Shown here piece after piece: positions 25,656 to 41,640 of a DNA stretch of 64,000 nucleotides (position 1 is the first letter of the stretch; each line of letters opens with the position of its first letter). This DNA comes from the human T2T-CHM13v2.0 reference genome, Homo sapiens. The DNA lies in NCBI RefSeq assembly GCF_009914755.1, contig NC_060932.1. One strand, written 5' to 3'. The notes below the pieces were generated by a model. It worked only from the letters and a program-made list of their open reading frames with translations. It was not told the DNA's origin and did no database searches. The position numbers were made by a program, and so were the translations under genes.

Positions 25656-27822
25656 AGGAAGAAGAGAGGAGAGAGAGGGAGAGAAGAAGAAAGGAGGGGA
25701 AGAAGGAAGGAAGAAAGAGAAGCTCGATGATAAAACTAGATCGAGGAGCTTGAGCCTGATTCTATACGCAACTGAGTGCCACTCTAGGTTGTTTAGTCGA
25801 GTATGACATGATAGTTGCATTATTATAGGAAGATTAATTTTACCGTGGAGAGCAGTTGAAATGGGATGAAACTGAAGGCAAGAAAATGAGGGAAGAGTTA
25901 CAGTGACCTAAGTCTGCATGATGAGGGCTGAGACTAGACTGGGAGGATGGTGATGATAGTTAGAAGGGTAGTGAGGGACATTCACCACATAAAGAGACAG
26001 TTTTCAGATAAGCTATTACATAAGTGAGCCGACATTCAGCACACACTACAGGTTGTTTACATATATAATATTTAATATCGTGTTGCACACTCACTTTGCT
26101 TAAATTGTAATAAGAAATCTTGCTGTTATCAGTTGGCATAGGACAACTCACATAGACTCAAGTCCATGGCTGAGGGCTACAGCTCTGGGTCTAACTAGTC
26201 TCTATTCTCAGATATGGACCATTTGTCAGGAGGCAAGAGCAAGGGCCTAGGAGTGACTCTAGCACAGACTAACCAACTGATTGGCAACAAGAGCCTTGCT
26301 TTTTTGCTTTGTTACGGTTTGGTTTGGTTTTAATGCATCAGGATAATACTGGTGTCAAATGCTTAGCTTGCCAGATCAAACTACTACACTTTCTGGGAGC
26401 TGTTCAAAAGATTAATACAATGGCTATATGTTTGAGATTAAAGAGGTAATTGCTTTCTGCAGCCTATAAAGAAGATTTTAAGAGACGAGATCGAACAGAT
26501 TGATGCGTATCCTTCTGCAAAACAATATGAAAAATATATTGGCACAGGGCCCTTAGTACAACTTAGATTTATGCAAAACTTTCATTTTTCACAATCCAAA
26601 ATTAACAAACTCAGAATGACACAAATGTGTTGAAATGCAATGCAAACTAAACATTTTAGTACATCGTCCTATAGTTCAACAGAATGTTGATATTTAAATT
26701 CACAATTAGGCACCTCATTTAATTTCTGCATGATGATCCAATGGGCAGAAAAAGATGAATTGCTGACACACTGACTTTTTTTGAACTCCCAAAAGGGAAA
26801 CAAAAGTTTGCAGTCAGAGACGAGTGAGGAGTTCATCTGGTTCATTAGTTGGCATAAATCTGTAATTATGTACAAAAATAATTTGTATGTACTGTGCTAA
26901 CTGTATGATTATTATTATTTAGCTTTGCTCTGATGCCAATCATTGAAACATAATCCAATTTTATTAAGTTCCTCAGAGCCTTGGAGAATGTTAGTTACAA
27001 GCCCGTTCTCTGCTCATTAGCGCTGACCTTTATGGTTTGTTTATTTGGAATTTTTAAAAAGTTTTTTTGGCCTCCTGCCCCTAAGTTAACTCGCCTTTGT
27101 TTAATAATCTATACTGTCATTACACCCTCTTGACCCAGAAGAGAAGCAGATGAATGGGAGTACTGATGCCAGCTTTACAGCTTCTGCACACAGGCAATGT
27201 GCCTGAATTCCTATCATTTGTCTCTGATTTCTTTTGAAACAAAGGGATCGAAGAGAAAGAGAAGAACAGGTATTCAAGGTCTTTATGGACTCATAATTAA
27301 GCACTGTTATATAATGTGATTAAATAGCACAGGGCATATAGTAAGTCCAATGTCAATATCATTTATTATCATTGTTGTTGATGGTGTTGTCTCTTCATAT
27401 TTTTGAGCACCTCCACTTCAGTCTTGTGCCCCATCTTGAGGCTTTGTTCAAAGGTCTTGTACCCCCAAATCTAAGTCCTACCCAACAGAGCAGCTGTTTT
27501 CTTTCTACCCTCTTCAAAAGGAACAAGAAAATGATCAGACAAAATGATCAGCCAGATGGGTGGAGCTAAGTGAAGACACGCTAAAAGGGAAGAACACTTC
27601 AGCCTGCAAGATGTCCAAACAGTATCATGTTCAAAATCTATCAAATCTGAATGGCATGTGTAAGCTGAATATGGGTAGTCCCTAAATCTACAGGTATTCA
27701 GATGACAAGTGGACTCTGAAGTTTAATGATTGAGAGCTTAAGACAAAATGAATTTTTTATTTCACATAGTAGGTAATAAACTTAATAAATTAATTACTGA
27801 AATGGTCAGGTAGGAAATATAC

Positions 27823-28128
<306 letters not shown>

Positions 28129-28213
28129 CAGGAAATATAATTGAATTATAAAAAGGTCAGGAACATTTAACAATCATTATCTAAGTATCTATTATGAAAT
28201 GATGCAAACTACT

Positions 28214-28520
<307 letters not shown>

Positions 28521-29253
28521 CTACCTAAAAATTTGGGAAATGATTATATTTTAAATAATTATATTATATTTAAAAGAGAATATATTTTAAAAGAAAAAAC
28601 TTAAAATTAAATGTATATCACAAATACAGTAATACAAAAATATGGAAGCTTGCAACAAAAGAATTTATTAAAATGAAAGTAATTCTGGTAGGATTGGGGG
28701 CAGTTTTCTTCACTCAAAGAGTTATTTAATATGATTTTGCTTTAAATTAACATTTTTCCATTTTACCTTTTTCTATGCTTTTATTTCGACCTTTTGATGT
28801 TATGTTTTAGGTGTGTCTCATAAATAGCGTATAGCTGGAATTGTTTCCTCAGTGGTGACAATCTCCCTCTCTCATGGTTTACTTTGCTTTTAACTTGTAA
28901 AATGATATAATTTACATTCATTGTGCTTATTGATATAGTTAGACTTGTTTATAACACATTAACTGATTATTTTCATTTGTCCTACTTTTTCCGCGCCTCT
29001 TTTGTCATCTTCCTTGCATTTAAAAAAAATTTAACAAGGTTTTTATTTATTTATTTTTATCCCCTGGCTTCTTTTTTTTTCTTTTGGTTTGGAAGCTAAA
29101 TATTCTATTGTTATTCTTCTGTCACTTTCCTTGAAATTTAAGTTAAAAAAGCCCAAGTGTAATCAATATCTTAGTCTTTTTCTCAAACTAAAATAACCTT
29201 GGAATACCTTATTCCACAATTAGACATCATAATTTTTATTATAAACAACATGC

Positions 29254-29575
29254 TTTCTTTTTTGTTTTTTTAAGAGATGAGGTCTCACTCTGTTGCCCAG
29301 GTTAGAGGGCAGTGGTGGAGGGTCTTGCAGCTGCGGTTGCTCACTGCAACTTCAGCCTCCAACTCCCGGGCTGAAACAGTCCTCCAGCCTCAGCCTCCTG
29401 AGTAGCTAGAACTACAGGCATGAATCACCAAACCTGGCTAATTTTTTAAATTCTGTAGAGATGGGGTCTCACTACATTGCCCACACTGGTTTTGAACTCC
29501 TGGGCTCAAGCAATTCTGCTACCTTTGCCTCCTAAACTGCTGGGATTTACAGGCATGAGCCACCATGGCTTGGCC
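29254..29575 (-). mobile_element. Alu (AluJ) with a small insertion
   Basis: Antisense Alu body with ~20 extra bp after GCAGTGG. Confidence 0.9.
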
Positions 29576-30268
29576 AATAAACTACATATTTTCTAATATA
29601 TTTGCTCACCATTCCTTCTTGTGTATCATACAATCCTTCTGAAATCATTTCCCTTTATCTTGAAGTAGAGTCTTCAGAAGTTTCTTCAGTAAAGGTCTGC
29701 TGGTGGCAACTTCCCCAGCCTTTCAGTATCTAAAACGGTTGTTGTTTTGCTCTCATTCTTGAAACAGTTTTTTCTGGGTTTTCATTCAGCTGTTGATGAT
29801 ATTGTTCCACAATATCTGACTTTGTCTTTTATTTTATAATATCTTATTGATGCATAACAGGTACACATCATTCTGGCTTCCTTTCTGTGTGTGTTGACAT
29901 GTCTTCCATGTTTCATTGTCACACCTCTGTAAGTGGGCCACCTTTTTTCTTTGGCTGCTTTTAAGATCTTCTCTTTGCTTTTAATATTTTGCAATTTCAC
30001 TAGGGCTTATCTAGGTACAGTTGTATTTTTATTGATCTTGTTTGCTAAGTTTCTGTACATATACGTTTTTCATCAGAAACCCATTTTGCTTTTCAGTCAC
30101 CACCTCTCTTCCGTTCTTTCTATTCTCTACCTCTGTGGCTCTGATTGATAATATGTATGGTAGAAGTCATCATTCCATCCTCCATATTCCTTCCACATAT
30201 TTCCTGTGTCTAGGCTGATGTAGTCTCTCTTCAGTTGCCATTAATTCACTATTGAATCTGTTCATTGA

Positions 30269-30796
<528 letters not shown>

Positions 30797-32131
30797 TGTA
30801 TTTTTTCATTTTTGAAAGTTCCATTAGGCTCTTTTGTAAATCTACCTATCATTTGGTTTTTTGATCAAGTTGTTTATGATACCATTCTTTATTTCTACAA
30901 ATACTTCCCACTTAATTATTTTATGTCCTTTAATAATTTTTAAAATCTGAACACCTTGGGGTCTAAGTCTGTTTACTTCCTTCTTATTCATCAATCTGAC
31001 TTGTTTCTTTGTGTTTTTTGCTGATCTTTGATTGTGAACTCATATTTGCTTGATATTAATCCATGCAAATGATGCCGATTTCTAAAAAGAGAACTTGTGC
31101 CTGTTTTTGCTGCTACTGAAACGGGCGCTTTTAAAGTCCTCTTTGGAGTTCTCTGGTTTGCACCAGAATAGCAGGTTTAACTCACCCACCTGCTGCTGGC
31201 CTGACGCTTGAGCTCCTTATTGCAACGGCCTTTGCTCTCAGGTAAACACTCATGTCCCATTGCTGACTGTTCCCAGCTCCCGTTTCTGTTTTTACTTACT
31301 TTATAGTTGGGAGACAGAAGTGGGGACTAGAAGCTGTGGGGGTAAGAAAGTCCTTGAAGATTTCCTTTACCTCTCCTGAGTCCTGCAGTATATTAAAAGA
31401 TGTAATTTGTATCAAAGGAGATTTTTTTTACATTTCTAAACTTCTTAAGCAATTAACATGGTGTTTGATACTGTACTTATTTAACAAATGAATAAGTAAT
31501 TTTAAAAATGTATAAAAATAATAGCAATAACATTCATGGGGCATAGCCTTATGCCAGACCCTATGCCAGTTTTAATCTTCCCAACAATCTTACAAGGTCA
31601 ATATAATTAATGTGATTTGTTTATTTTACAAATGGTAAATGGCTGTTATGACTTTAACCCAAATCTGTCTTGTTCCAAAGCCCATGCACATAATTGCTAC
31701 GTATATTGTTTTGGCATAAATAAATGAATAAATATAAAATTTCACCATTAAATTAATAAATATTTCTTGAGGATTTATAAGTAAATAGTAATAAATTTAT
31801 TATAAATAAATAGTAAAATATCTAAACATTGTTTTGTAAATACTGGGATACAGCAACGAACAAAAGAGAAAAATATTTCACCTATGTGGAGCTTACATTA
31901 TAGTGGAAGGAAAAAGATACAACAAAAATATGTAAGCACATTTAATATATGAAATATGTAAGGAAGATTGAGTTTACCAAGAGCTGGGCAAGACTATTAC
32001 TATTTTACTTTAAGTGACCAGGGAAAACCTCATTTGACAGGTGACATTTGAGCAGAATATATGAATGAATAAGTTTAAATTTTAGCTGTCTTGGTACAAC
32101 ATGAGACACATTACATATAATTTAAACATAA

Positions 32132-32849
<718 letters not shown>

Positions 32850-32899
32850 TAATCAAATATCATTGTATTATATTTTTTGACCTTATCCTGGAAAGCTAA

Positions 32900-33135
32900 T
32901 GGGTGAAACGTCAGAGTGAAATGGTTATTAACATGTGTTTGAATTCGAATGCATTTATACCTCCCTGTGTGATCTTGGGTGAGTTACTGTACCTTTTTGG
33001 TCTCAGTTTCTTAAAGTGGGAATAAAATACAATGTCTTCTTCACATGGTTATTGTGAGGATTAAACAAATCAATAAATGTAATACACTGAGAACAATGCC
33101 TATAATAAGTGCCAGCTGTTGTTATTATTATTCTC
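32900..33135 (+). mobile_element. MIR
   Basis: 'CTGTGTGATCTTGGGTGAGTTACT..ACCT..TTGGTCTCAGTTTC...GGTTATTGTGAGGATTAAA'. Confidence 0.85.
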
Positions 33136-33449
33136 ATTTTCTAGTTGAGTAATTCTAGACGCAGAATGATTGCTGAAAAACAAGACTGTAAAATGTAAAT
33201 TCCCTGGTTTCAGCAGGGAAGCAGTCTAATTGCCTTAACAAGCTTAAAGTCTATTTTTGAATCATTTCAACATTCACTTCCTAGCATCTCTTTTCATGCA
33301 TTGTGCTTTCGTTAGAGCAATTTAAGTTGCTACTAACAGGATTTCAGGGTTAAATTCAACAGAATATATACGATTCTGCAAATGTTTTTTCAAAAAGATA
33401 GATGGGCAGACCCTTTCTTATTGCAGTTTTCTCCCATTTTCTTGTTTGT

Positions 33450-34960
33450 TTTTCAATTTTTAATTATATTTTTTAAAATTTTTGTGGGTACATAGTAGGC
33501 ATATATATTTATGGGTACATGAGATGTTTTGATACAGGCATACAATGTGAAATAAGCACATTGTGGAGAGTGGGGTATCCATTTTCTTAAGCATCTATCC
33601 TTTGAATTACAAACAATTCAATTATATTCTTTATTTTAAAATATACAATTAAGTTATTATTGACTATAGTCACGCTATTGTTCTTGCAAATCATCTCATT
33701 TATTCTTTTTATTTTTTTGTACCCATTAACCATCCCCACCTTCCCCCGCCCAACTCTCCAGTACCCTTCCCAGCCTCTGGTAACCATCCCACTACTCTCT
33801 ATGTCCATGAGTTCAATTGATTTGATTTTTAGATCCCACAAATAAGTGAGAACATACAATGTTTGTCTTTCTGTGCCTGACTTATTTCACTTAACATAAT
33901 GATCTCCAGTTCCATCCATGTTGTTGCAAATGACTGGATCCTATTCTTTTTCATGGCTGAGTAGTACTCCATTGTGTATACATACCACGTTTTCTTTATC
34001 CATTCATCTGTCGATGGTCACTTAGGTTGCTTCCAAATCTTAGCTATTGTTAACAGTGTTGCAACAAATATAGGAGTGCAGACATCTCTTCTATATACCG
34101 ATTTCCTTTCTTTTGGGTATATACCCAGCAGTGGGGTTGCTGGACCATATGGAAGCTCAATTTTTAGTTTTTTGAGGAAACTCCAAACTGCTCTCCATAG
34201 TGGCTGTACTAATTTACATTCCCACTTACAGTGTACAAGGTTCCCTTTTTTCCACATTCTTGTCAGCATTTCTTATTGCCTGTCTTTTATAGTAAGCCAT
34301 TTTAACTGGGATGAGATGATATCTCACTGTAGTTTTGATTTGCATTTCTCTGATGATCTCAGTGATGTTGAGCACCATTTCATATGCCTGTTTGCCATTT
34401 GTATTTCTAATTTTGAGAAATGTCTATTCATTATCTTTTGCCCATTTGTAAATTGAATTATTAGATTTTTTCCTATAGCGTTGTTTGAGCTCTGTATGTA
34501 TTCTGGTTATTAATTCCTTGTCAGATGGGTAGTTTGCAAACATTTTCTCCCATTCTGTGGGTTGTCTCTTCACTTTGTTAACTGTATCCTTTGCTGGATA
34601 CTTGATGTGATCCCACTTGCCTTGGTTCCTTGTGCTTGTGGAGTATTGCTCAAGAAGTCTTTGTCCAGACCAATGACCTGGAGATGTTTCCTGATGGTTT
34701 GTTGTAGTAGTTTCATAGTTTGAGGTCTTAGATTTACATCTTTAATCCATTTTGATTTGATTTTTGTATATGGTGAGACCTAGGGGTCTAGTTTCATTCT
34801 TTTGCACATGGATATCCAGCTTTCCCAGCATCATTTATTGAACAGACTGTCTTTTCCCCAGTGCATGTTCTTGGCATCTGTCAAAACTGAGTTCATTGTA
34901 GGTGTGTGGATTTGTTTCTTGGTTCTCTATTGTGTTCTATTGGTCTATGTGTCTGTTTTT
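33450..34960 (-). mobile_element. L1MA 3' portion (ORF2 C-terminus plus 3'UTR)
   Basis: Antisense L1 3' end. Minus ORF 34018-34269 '[10 protein letters not shown]...[18 protein letters not shown]...IAKIWKQPK' is the L1 ORF2p C-terminus. Confidence 0.95.
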
Positions 34961-35199
34961 AGTTTCCTCAAATTTTGGATTCAAATTGTGACTCCTATTT
35001 AACTAAGGAATGATGTACAATTCTCAGCACAAATCTAGTGTATTTTACTGATTTACAGGAAGTACTAAAAATAAAATTATTTTTACTAACGGATGGTCTT
35101 TATTTCAGTTTATAATATATAGTAGAGTAAATATGAAAGAAATTTCAAAGTAGAGGCCATTCTTTTTCCAGAAGAATCACAGATTGCTGAGGATTTGGG

Positions 35200-35544
35200 C
35201 ACCAGCTCTGCTTTCTAAACATTCACATTTCATGAACCTTCCAATAAGGTAGCTAATAGCTATACGTAGCTATTGAGCACATGGAATGGGCCTAGTACAA
35301 ATTGAGATTATCTCTAAGTGTAAAATACACATTAGATTTCGAAGTCTTTGTATAAAAAATGAATATGTAAAATATTAATTTTTACATTAATTATATTTTG
35401 GGATCTTAATGTTTTGGATATATTGGTTTAAAATATATTATTAAAATTAATTTTACTTGTTTCTTTTTACTTTTGTAAATGTAGCTGTTAAAAACTTTTA
35501 AATGATAAATATGACTCACATTATATTTCTATAGAATGGCACTG
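35200..35544. mobile_element. MER33 (hAT-Charlie) DNA transposon
   Basis: 'GCTATTGAGCAC.TGGAATG', 'AAGTGTAAAATACACA', 'ATATATTATTAAAATTAATT..ACTTGTTTCTTTTTACTTT', 'CATTATATTTCTAT'. Confidence 0.8.
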
Positions 35545-35569
35545 GTCCACACAGCCTTAGTAAAACCTT

Positions 35570-35734
35570 TCTTTTTCTTTTCTTTTCCTCTCTCTTTTTT
35601 TTTTTTTTTTTTTAATATAGAGACAGGATCTCCCTCTGTTGTGCAGGCTGGTCTCAAACTCCTGCCTTCAAGCGATCTTCCTGCCTGGCCTCCCAAAGTG
35701 TTGGAATTACAGGCATGAGCCACTGCACCCGCCC
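35570..35734 (-). mobile_element. FLAM_C / free Alu monomer
   Basis: Monomer with poly-T; TSD AGTAAA(A/T)CCTTT. Confidence 0.88.
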
Positions 35735-35987
35735 AGTAAATCCTTTCTGATACACCCTTAGTACTTCCAACTAAGTACCAGTCATCATTTTCCTTCATTT
35801 CATGGGTATGGGGACAAAGAAAATGGCATATTCAGTTCCCAAACTGTCATTTCTGCCAGTCCTACCTAAAAAATTGGTCCATAGCCAAAAAGATGGTCTT
35901 ACTTCATTTTGACTACGTTTACTATGCTTAAGACAAGGTGTTAGTTATTTCAGTACCCAAAATAAAGCTTTTCAGAATTTGTTCATA

Positions 35988-36293
<306 letters not shown>

Positions 36294-36742
36294 TAAGTTC
36301 ATTTAACTTGATTTGGGGGCACAAAGTTCAGTGGGATGAGAAAGAGAATAGAGAAGGAGAAAAGACAGGGATACCTCGCCCATTTAAATACACTAGGAAA
36401 TTAAACAATTTTAAATCATCAGATTACGGAGGACTACTTAGATGCTAACATATAATTTAGGTAAAGGTGGATGATAGAGGAAAAGATTCCCCAGGGTAAT
36501 TACTTGGTTACTGACATATTCACCATGATTCACCAAATCCCACAGTAATTACACTCCTTCTCTTGGGTGTGTTCCTAACAAGAATCTATTAATTTGACTA
36601 AACGTCAAATCCACCTCGTACAGGGCACACTGTTGGGGGCACCACATAGAGGTAGCGGCCTCCTGTTTGGCGCTGCTGTCTCTTGCCCATGCTCTATTGT
36701 GAAGGGTTGTGGGGGCGACAGAGGACAAAGAAGACGCTGGAG

Positions 36743-36778
36743 AGGATTTTCCACCGACAGCCTAGGAAGGGATTTCCC
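36743..36778. promoter_or_regulatory. NF-kB motif pair in a GC-elevated unique block
   Basis: Perfect GGGATTTCCC at 36769-36778 and near-consensus AGGATTTTCC at 36743-36752. Confidence 0.35.
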
Positions 36779-38549
36779 TCTCTGCAGGAAGAAGAGGGCA
36801 GAGTCTCTTAAATCATCTTCGTGAAGTCCAAAACCCCTGGGAGTTTGAAATACACTTGACCCCATGAGTTTCAGATACAGGGTTGGAATCTTGCTGTGGG
36901 CTGCCACAGCTTGGGAGGCAAGGCAAGGAACTGGGCCCTTCATCTACTCACTTACGCTGCTCTGAGCCACTTTCCCAAAGGTTACTTTTTCCCTTCTGTG
37001 CTTTATTTGCGTATTCACACAATCATGCCCTAATTCGAAGACAACTCAGTGGGTGCTATAATGGTTGCCAGATATGTCTCAGATATTCTGGGATAATGCA
37101 TGCTGTCTCTCTATGATGTGGGCCAGTCTTTGCAAGTCTATATACAATTATAGTAATTAGATTTACCTTCTCTAAATCTACTAACACAGAAAGAAGATAT
37201 GTAGAATCTTTTTAGTATAACTGTAAAGAGAAAATGAATTCCATGAATTATGAAAAGAGTAGTGTGTGTAAATATGTGTTCATGTTAAGATTATAACTTA
37301 TTTTGAGAAACTGTGCAACAATCTAATGTATTAAAAAGTTTATTTATCCTCAAATTTCCTACTAAGAATTATGGTTTAAATTCATTTTCCTGAAAGATTT
37401 CAAGGATCTGGGTAGAAATTGGCAATTAAAAATGTAATTAGATGTAATTTACCATAACTAGGACTTAAAAAAAAAACCTACACTGTTTCTTTAACACTTC
37501 TAATTATCTGGCTTTGGTGAAAGCATTTATGGTTCCTTTCTTGGAAACCTTTCCTTAGTAACTATTCACATACCACTCCAGATGGGTGTTTCATATTTGT
37601 TACTGCTTACTGCCCTTTGTACCTAAATTTCATTTTGCATAAAGCTAGCACATGAGAAAACTAATGAAAAGGATGTATAATTTCTTGTCTCTTAGAAAAA
37701 TCCCATTTCTTTTCTCCTGAGAGTGAGTGAAATATGTAACTCTATATATAGTTTACAATATGCAGTAATTATATTCAAATGTCTTTCAAATTACTATTTT
37801 CTTCTGAGTACTATTGCTCTAGTATAAGTTCAGCACTCTAGTATAGCCAGCTTACATGATACACAAGCCGTAATGTACTTCCCAAATCTTGCATACCACA
37901 TAGAATTTCTACATGCCAGTCTGTTTGGGACACCCTCATTCCTTCTGCCCCTATGGGACCATCTGAGTCATGACTTGAAAATCCAGATGAGGTTCCCTCA
38001 TGCTCAGGGTCCCTTGAAAATGCCACGTTCCCCAAAGAAGGTGACACCTGAAGCTACCGCTCCACTTTCAATGGCCAATGACTGTATCCCATTGCTTGGT
38101 GTGTGGAGAGCCATATTTCTGAAAGTTGACTCTGTGACAGGTCTGTCTCATTTTCCCCTTTGAGCTTCCACCTGCAGCCTGAGTTTGCCACTGCTTCCCT
38201 GTCTCAATCGGGGTTCTTCCTCCAGCAGTAGATCTGGGAGCAGCTTCAAGAAAGGTTCATCAGACATTTTCTCCTAACACTTAAACCATCTGACACCATC
38301 AGATGGGTTTCTGGATAATGAGCTTTTAATTGGCTCATATGTTTTTGAAAATGTCATCTTTTTGCCGTTAAACTTGATTCTCTTACCATTACGTTCTTCT
38401 TTTGGGAGTGAATTCAAATGAGGGCTGGTTTAATTGGGTCATCTATCCTAAACCTCCATGAATGACCAGAGAAAAGGCACTCCATGCATAAATAATTTGT
38501 TGATGATGTATGAGACCCACGTGCTTTTTTTTTGTTATTGTAATAGTGT

Positions 38550-38892
38550 TGTTTTGGTTTTGTTTGTTTCTTTCTTTTTTTCTCTTCTTTTCTGTTTTTT
38601 TTTTTTTTTGAGACGCAGTCTCACTCTGTTGTCCAGGCTGGAGTGCAGTGGCGTGATCTCGGCTCACTGTAAACTCCGCCTTCCCGGGTTCAAGTGATTC
38701 TCTTGTTTCAGCCTCCCGAGTAGCTGGGATTACAGACGTGGGCCACCACGCCTGGCTAATTTTTGTATTTTTAGTAGAGATGGGGGTTTCGCCATGTTGC
38801 CAGGCTGGTCTCAAGCTCTTGGCCTTAAGCAGTCCTCCTGCCTCAGCCTCCCAAAGTGCTGGGATTACAGGCGTGAGCCACCGCACCCGGCC
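38550..38892 (-). mobile_element. Alu (AluS)
   Basis: Antisense Alu with a long T-rich tail. Confidence 0.95.
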
Positions 38893-39284
38893 TGTTTCCT
38901 TCTTTCTATTAGCTAGTTTTCTTTGTGCCTGAGCTTTACAAGAACATATGAGAAAAGTTCTGCCCTAACTCAGGCACCCTTAGACTGGCCTATCTATACT
39001 TTCTTGTGGGTTTTCTTTTGCCACAACAACATCGCGTTCATTCAGCTTGAACAATCGCAATTGCAAACATGGAGCATGTCAGCCGTCGCCCGGGGAGCGC
39101 AGTGACCCAAGAACTCAGTTCGACTCTGCTTATCTGGGAGGCCCACTCAGTCTGGCAACAGGAATCCTCTGCGCATTTCTCCTCAACAAAAATCAGCTGT
39201 ACAGGCTCCTTTATCCATTTATTTTTCTGGATCACAAAGTTGTCTCTAAAGCTCCAAATAATAATTTCTGGAGGATACCTTTTT

Positions 39285-39960
39285 ATGTGGTAATGTTTAA
39301 TTGGGATATAATTCATATAACATGAAATTCACCATTTTAAAGTGGTTTTTAGTATGGTTAGTTGTTTTTAGTAAATTTGCAATGTTGTACAATCATCACC
39401 ACTATATGATTCCAGAACATTTCCACCATTCTGAAAAGAACCTCTATACCTGCGAGCAGTCATTTTCCATTCCCTGCTTCCCCCATCCCCTGGAAGCCTC
39501 TAGTTTACTTTCTGTCTACGTGGATTGCATATTCTGGATATTTCATATAAAAGGAATCATACAATACTTGGTCTTTTGTGTCTTGCTTTTGTTCCACTTA
39601 GGTAACGTTTTCAAAGTTTATCTATGTTGCAGCATGAATCAGTACTTCATTCCTACATGAATAATATTCCATTTATGGCTGGATAGTATTTCATTTATAC
39701 ATACACCATATTTTATTTATCTATTCCCAAGTTGATAGGCATTTGAATTGTTTCTTTTTTTTTTTTTTTTTTGGCTATTTTGAACTAATGCTGCTATGAA
39801 CATTTGTGTACAAGTTTCTGTGTGAACATATGTTTTCAATTCTCTCATCTATGTACCTAGAAGTGGGATTGCTGGGTCACATGGTAACTCTAGTTTCACT
39901 TTTTGAGCAAATGTCAAACTGTTTTCCACAGCACTACCATTTTAAAATCCCAGGAAGAAT
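39285..39960 (-). mobile_element. L1MB/ME 3' fragment
   Basis: 'ATAATTCATATAACATGAAATTCACCATTTTAAAGTG', 'TTCCAGAACATTT', 'GCTGCTATGAACATTTGTGTACAAG'. Confidence 0.85.
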
Positions 39961-40014
39961 GTATGAGCATTTCAACTACACAGCATCACTTGTCATTATT
40001 TCTGTTTTTAATCA

Positions 40015-40268
40015 CAAGTGTGCAGTAGAATTTTCCATGACATCATTGTTTTATCAGCTCATGGAATGTGTACTTGTGTATTCTCATGTTTCACAACATT
40101 CTCAGACTTAATTTATAACATATTTACATCTAATATACATACATATCTCATATATCTAGCTAGCTTGCTAGCTCTCATAAAAACAAAGCCAGAATCTCTT
40201 AGGGATTCTCAATAATTTTTGTTTTTAGAGTGTAAAGGGGTCCTTACACCAAAAAGTTAAAAAATGCT
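40015..40268. mobile_element. Charlie1-family hAT terminal fragment
   Basis: 'TCTCAATAATTTTT...AGAGTGTAAAGGGGTCC..ACACCAAAAAGTT' is the reverse complement of the terminus at 46558. Confidence 0.65.
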
Positions 40269-40347
40269 CATCTAAAGAGATTAAGCAACATAACTATGTT
40301 TTCTGTGACGTGTTTTATTTCTACTATTCTGGAAAGAAAACAAAAGA

Positions 40348-40471
40348 TTTTTTTAAGAGATTGGGTCTCACTATGTTGTCCAGGCTGACCTGGAACTCCT
40401 GGGCTCAAATGATCCTCCCAGCTCAGCCTCCCAAGTAGCTGAGACTATAGGTGCACACCACTGTGCCTGGC
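40348..40471 (-). mobile_element. FLAM_A-like Alu monomer
   Basis: Monomeric antisense Alu. Confidence 0.85.
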
Positions 40472-40590
40472 TATATATATATATATATACATACACACAC
40501 ATATATATACACACACACATATATATATATACACACACACACATATATATACACACACATATATATACATACATATGTATATATATATAT
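40472..40590. repeat. Compound (TA)n(CA)n microsatellite
   Basis: Visible directly. Confidence 0.95.
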
Positions 40591-41346
40591 TAAATTCTAG
40601 GGTATACAGTTGCATAGTTGTTTAAAATTCATTAACCTGTAAGAATTGCCCAATTCATAGAATTATGTGAAACTTTTGTAAGATTTGATGCCTTACTGTA
40701 TTCATGTTATACTTCAATTTAAAAGTAGTTTCAAAACATGGACATTAAATAATTCTGGTGAGGAAAGGAATTAGAAAATAAATAGCTCTGCACTAATCCC
40801 AGATAATTGTCCAGGTTAAGATTTTTATAAAAGCATAAGTGATTTTACAAAACCAAATTTTACCTCCCTGCAATTATTATCTCATTCCTAGAGAATCTTT
40901 ACCTTAGAACTTCCCTCTCAGAAACTAAAGGAGAGAGTATTTCAAGAATGATGGGAAGGTTCTCAAAAATAAAATTCTGCCAGTGTACTGATACATAAAC
41001 TGGATTGCTATTTAAAAAAACGGAAAAGATTCATGTACAGAATAGAGAAGACAGGACCTGCAGTAAGAAACAAATTCATGAAATTATATTTTTGGTTTTA
41101 ACCAGCTTGTTCTGTCTGTCTCCTACTCTAACCTGACTTGGACTATGTGACACAGAGCAGCACTTTCCCCAGAAAAAGTAGTTGCTAGAAATAAAGCAAG
41201 CTTTAAGTTTTATTTCAGTGACGATCTGGCCCAAACTGATGGTGACTATGTAGAACAGGGCCCTTCCCACCCCTCTAACTTGTTAAATAGTTCTAAGATT
41301 GGAGGAGAGAGAGACAAGGAAGAGGAAGAATACAATTAGAAGTAGT

Positions 41347-41640
<294 letters not shown>

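Noticed and set aside
33974-34456. 160-aa plus-strand ORF
   Set aside because: Antisense frame of the L1MA element.
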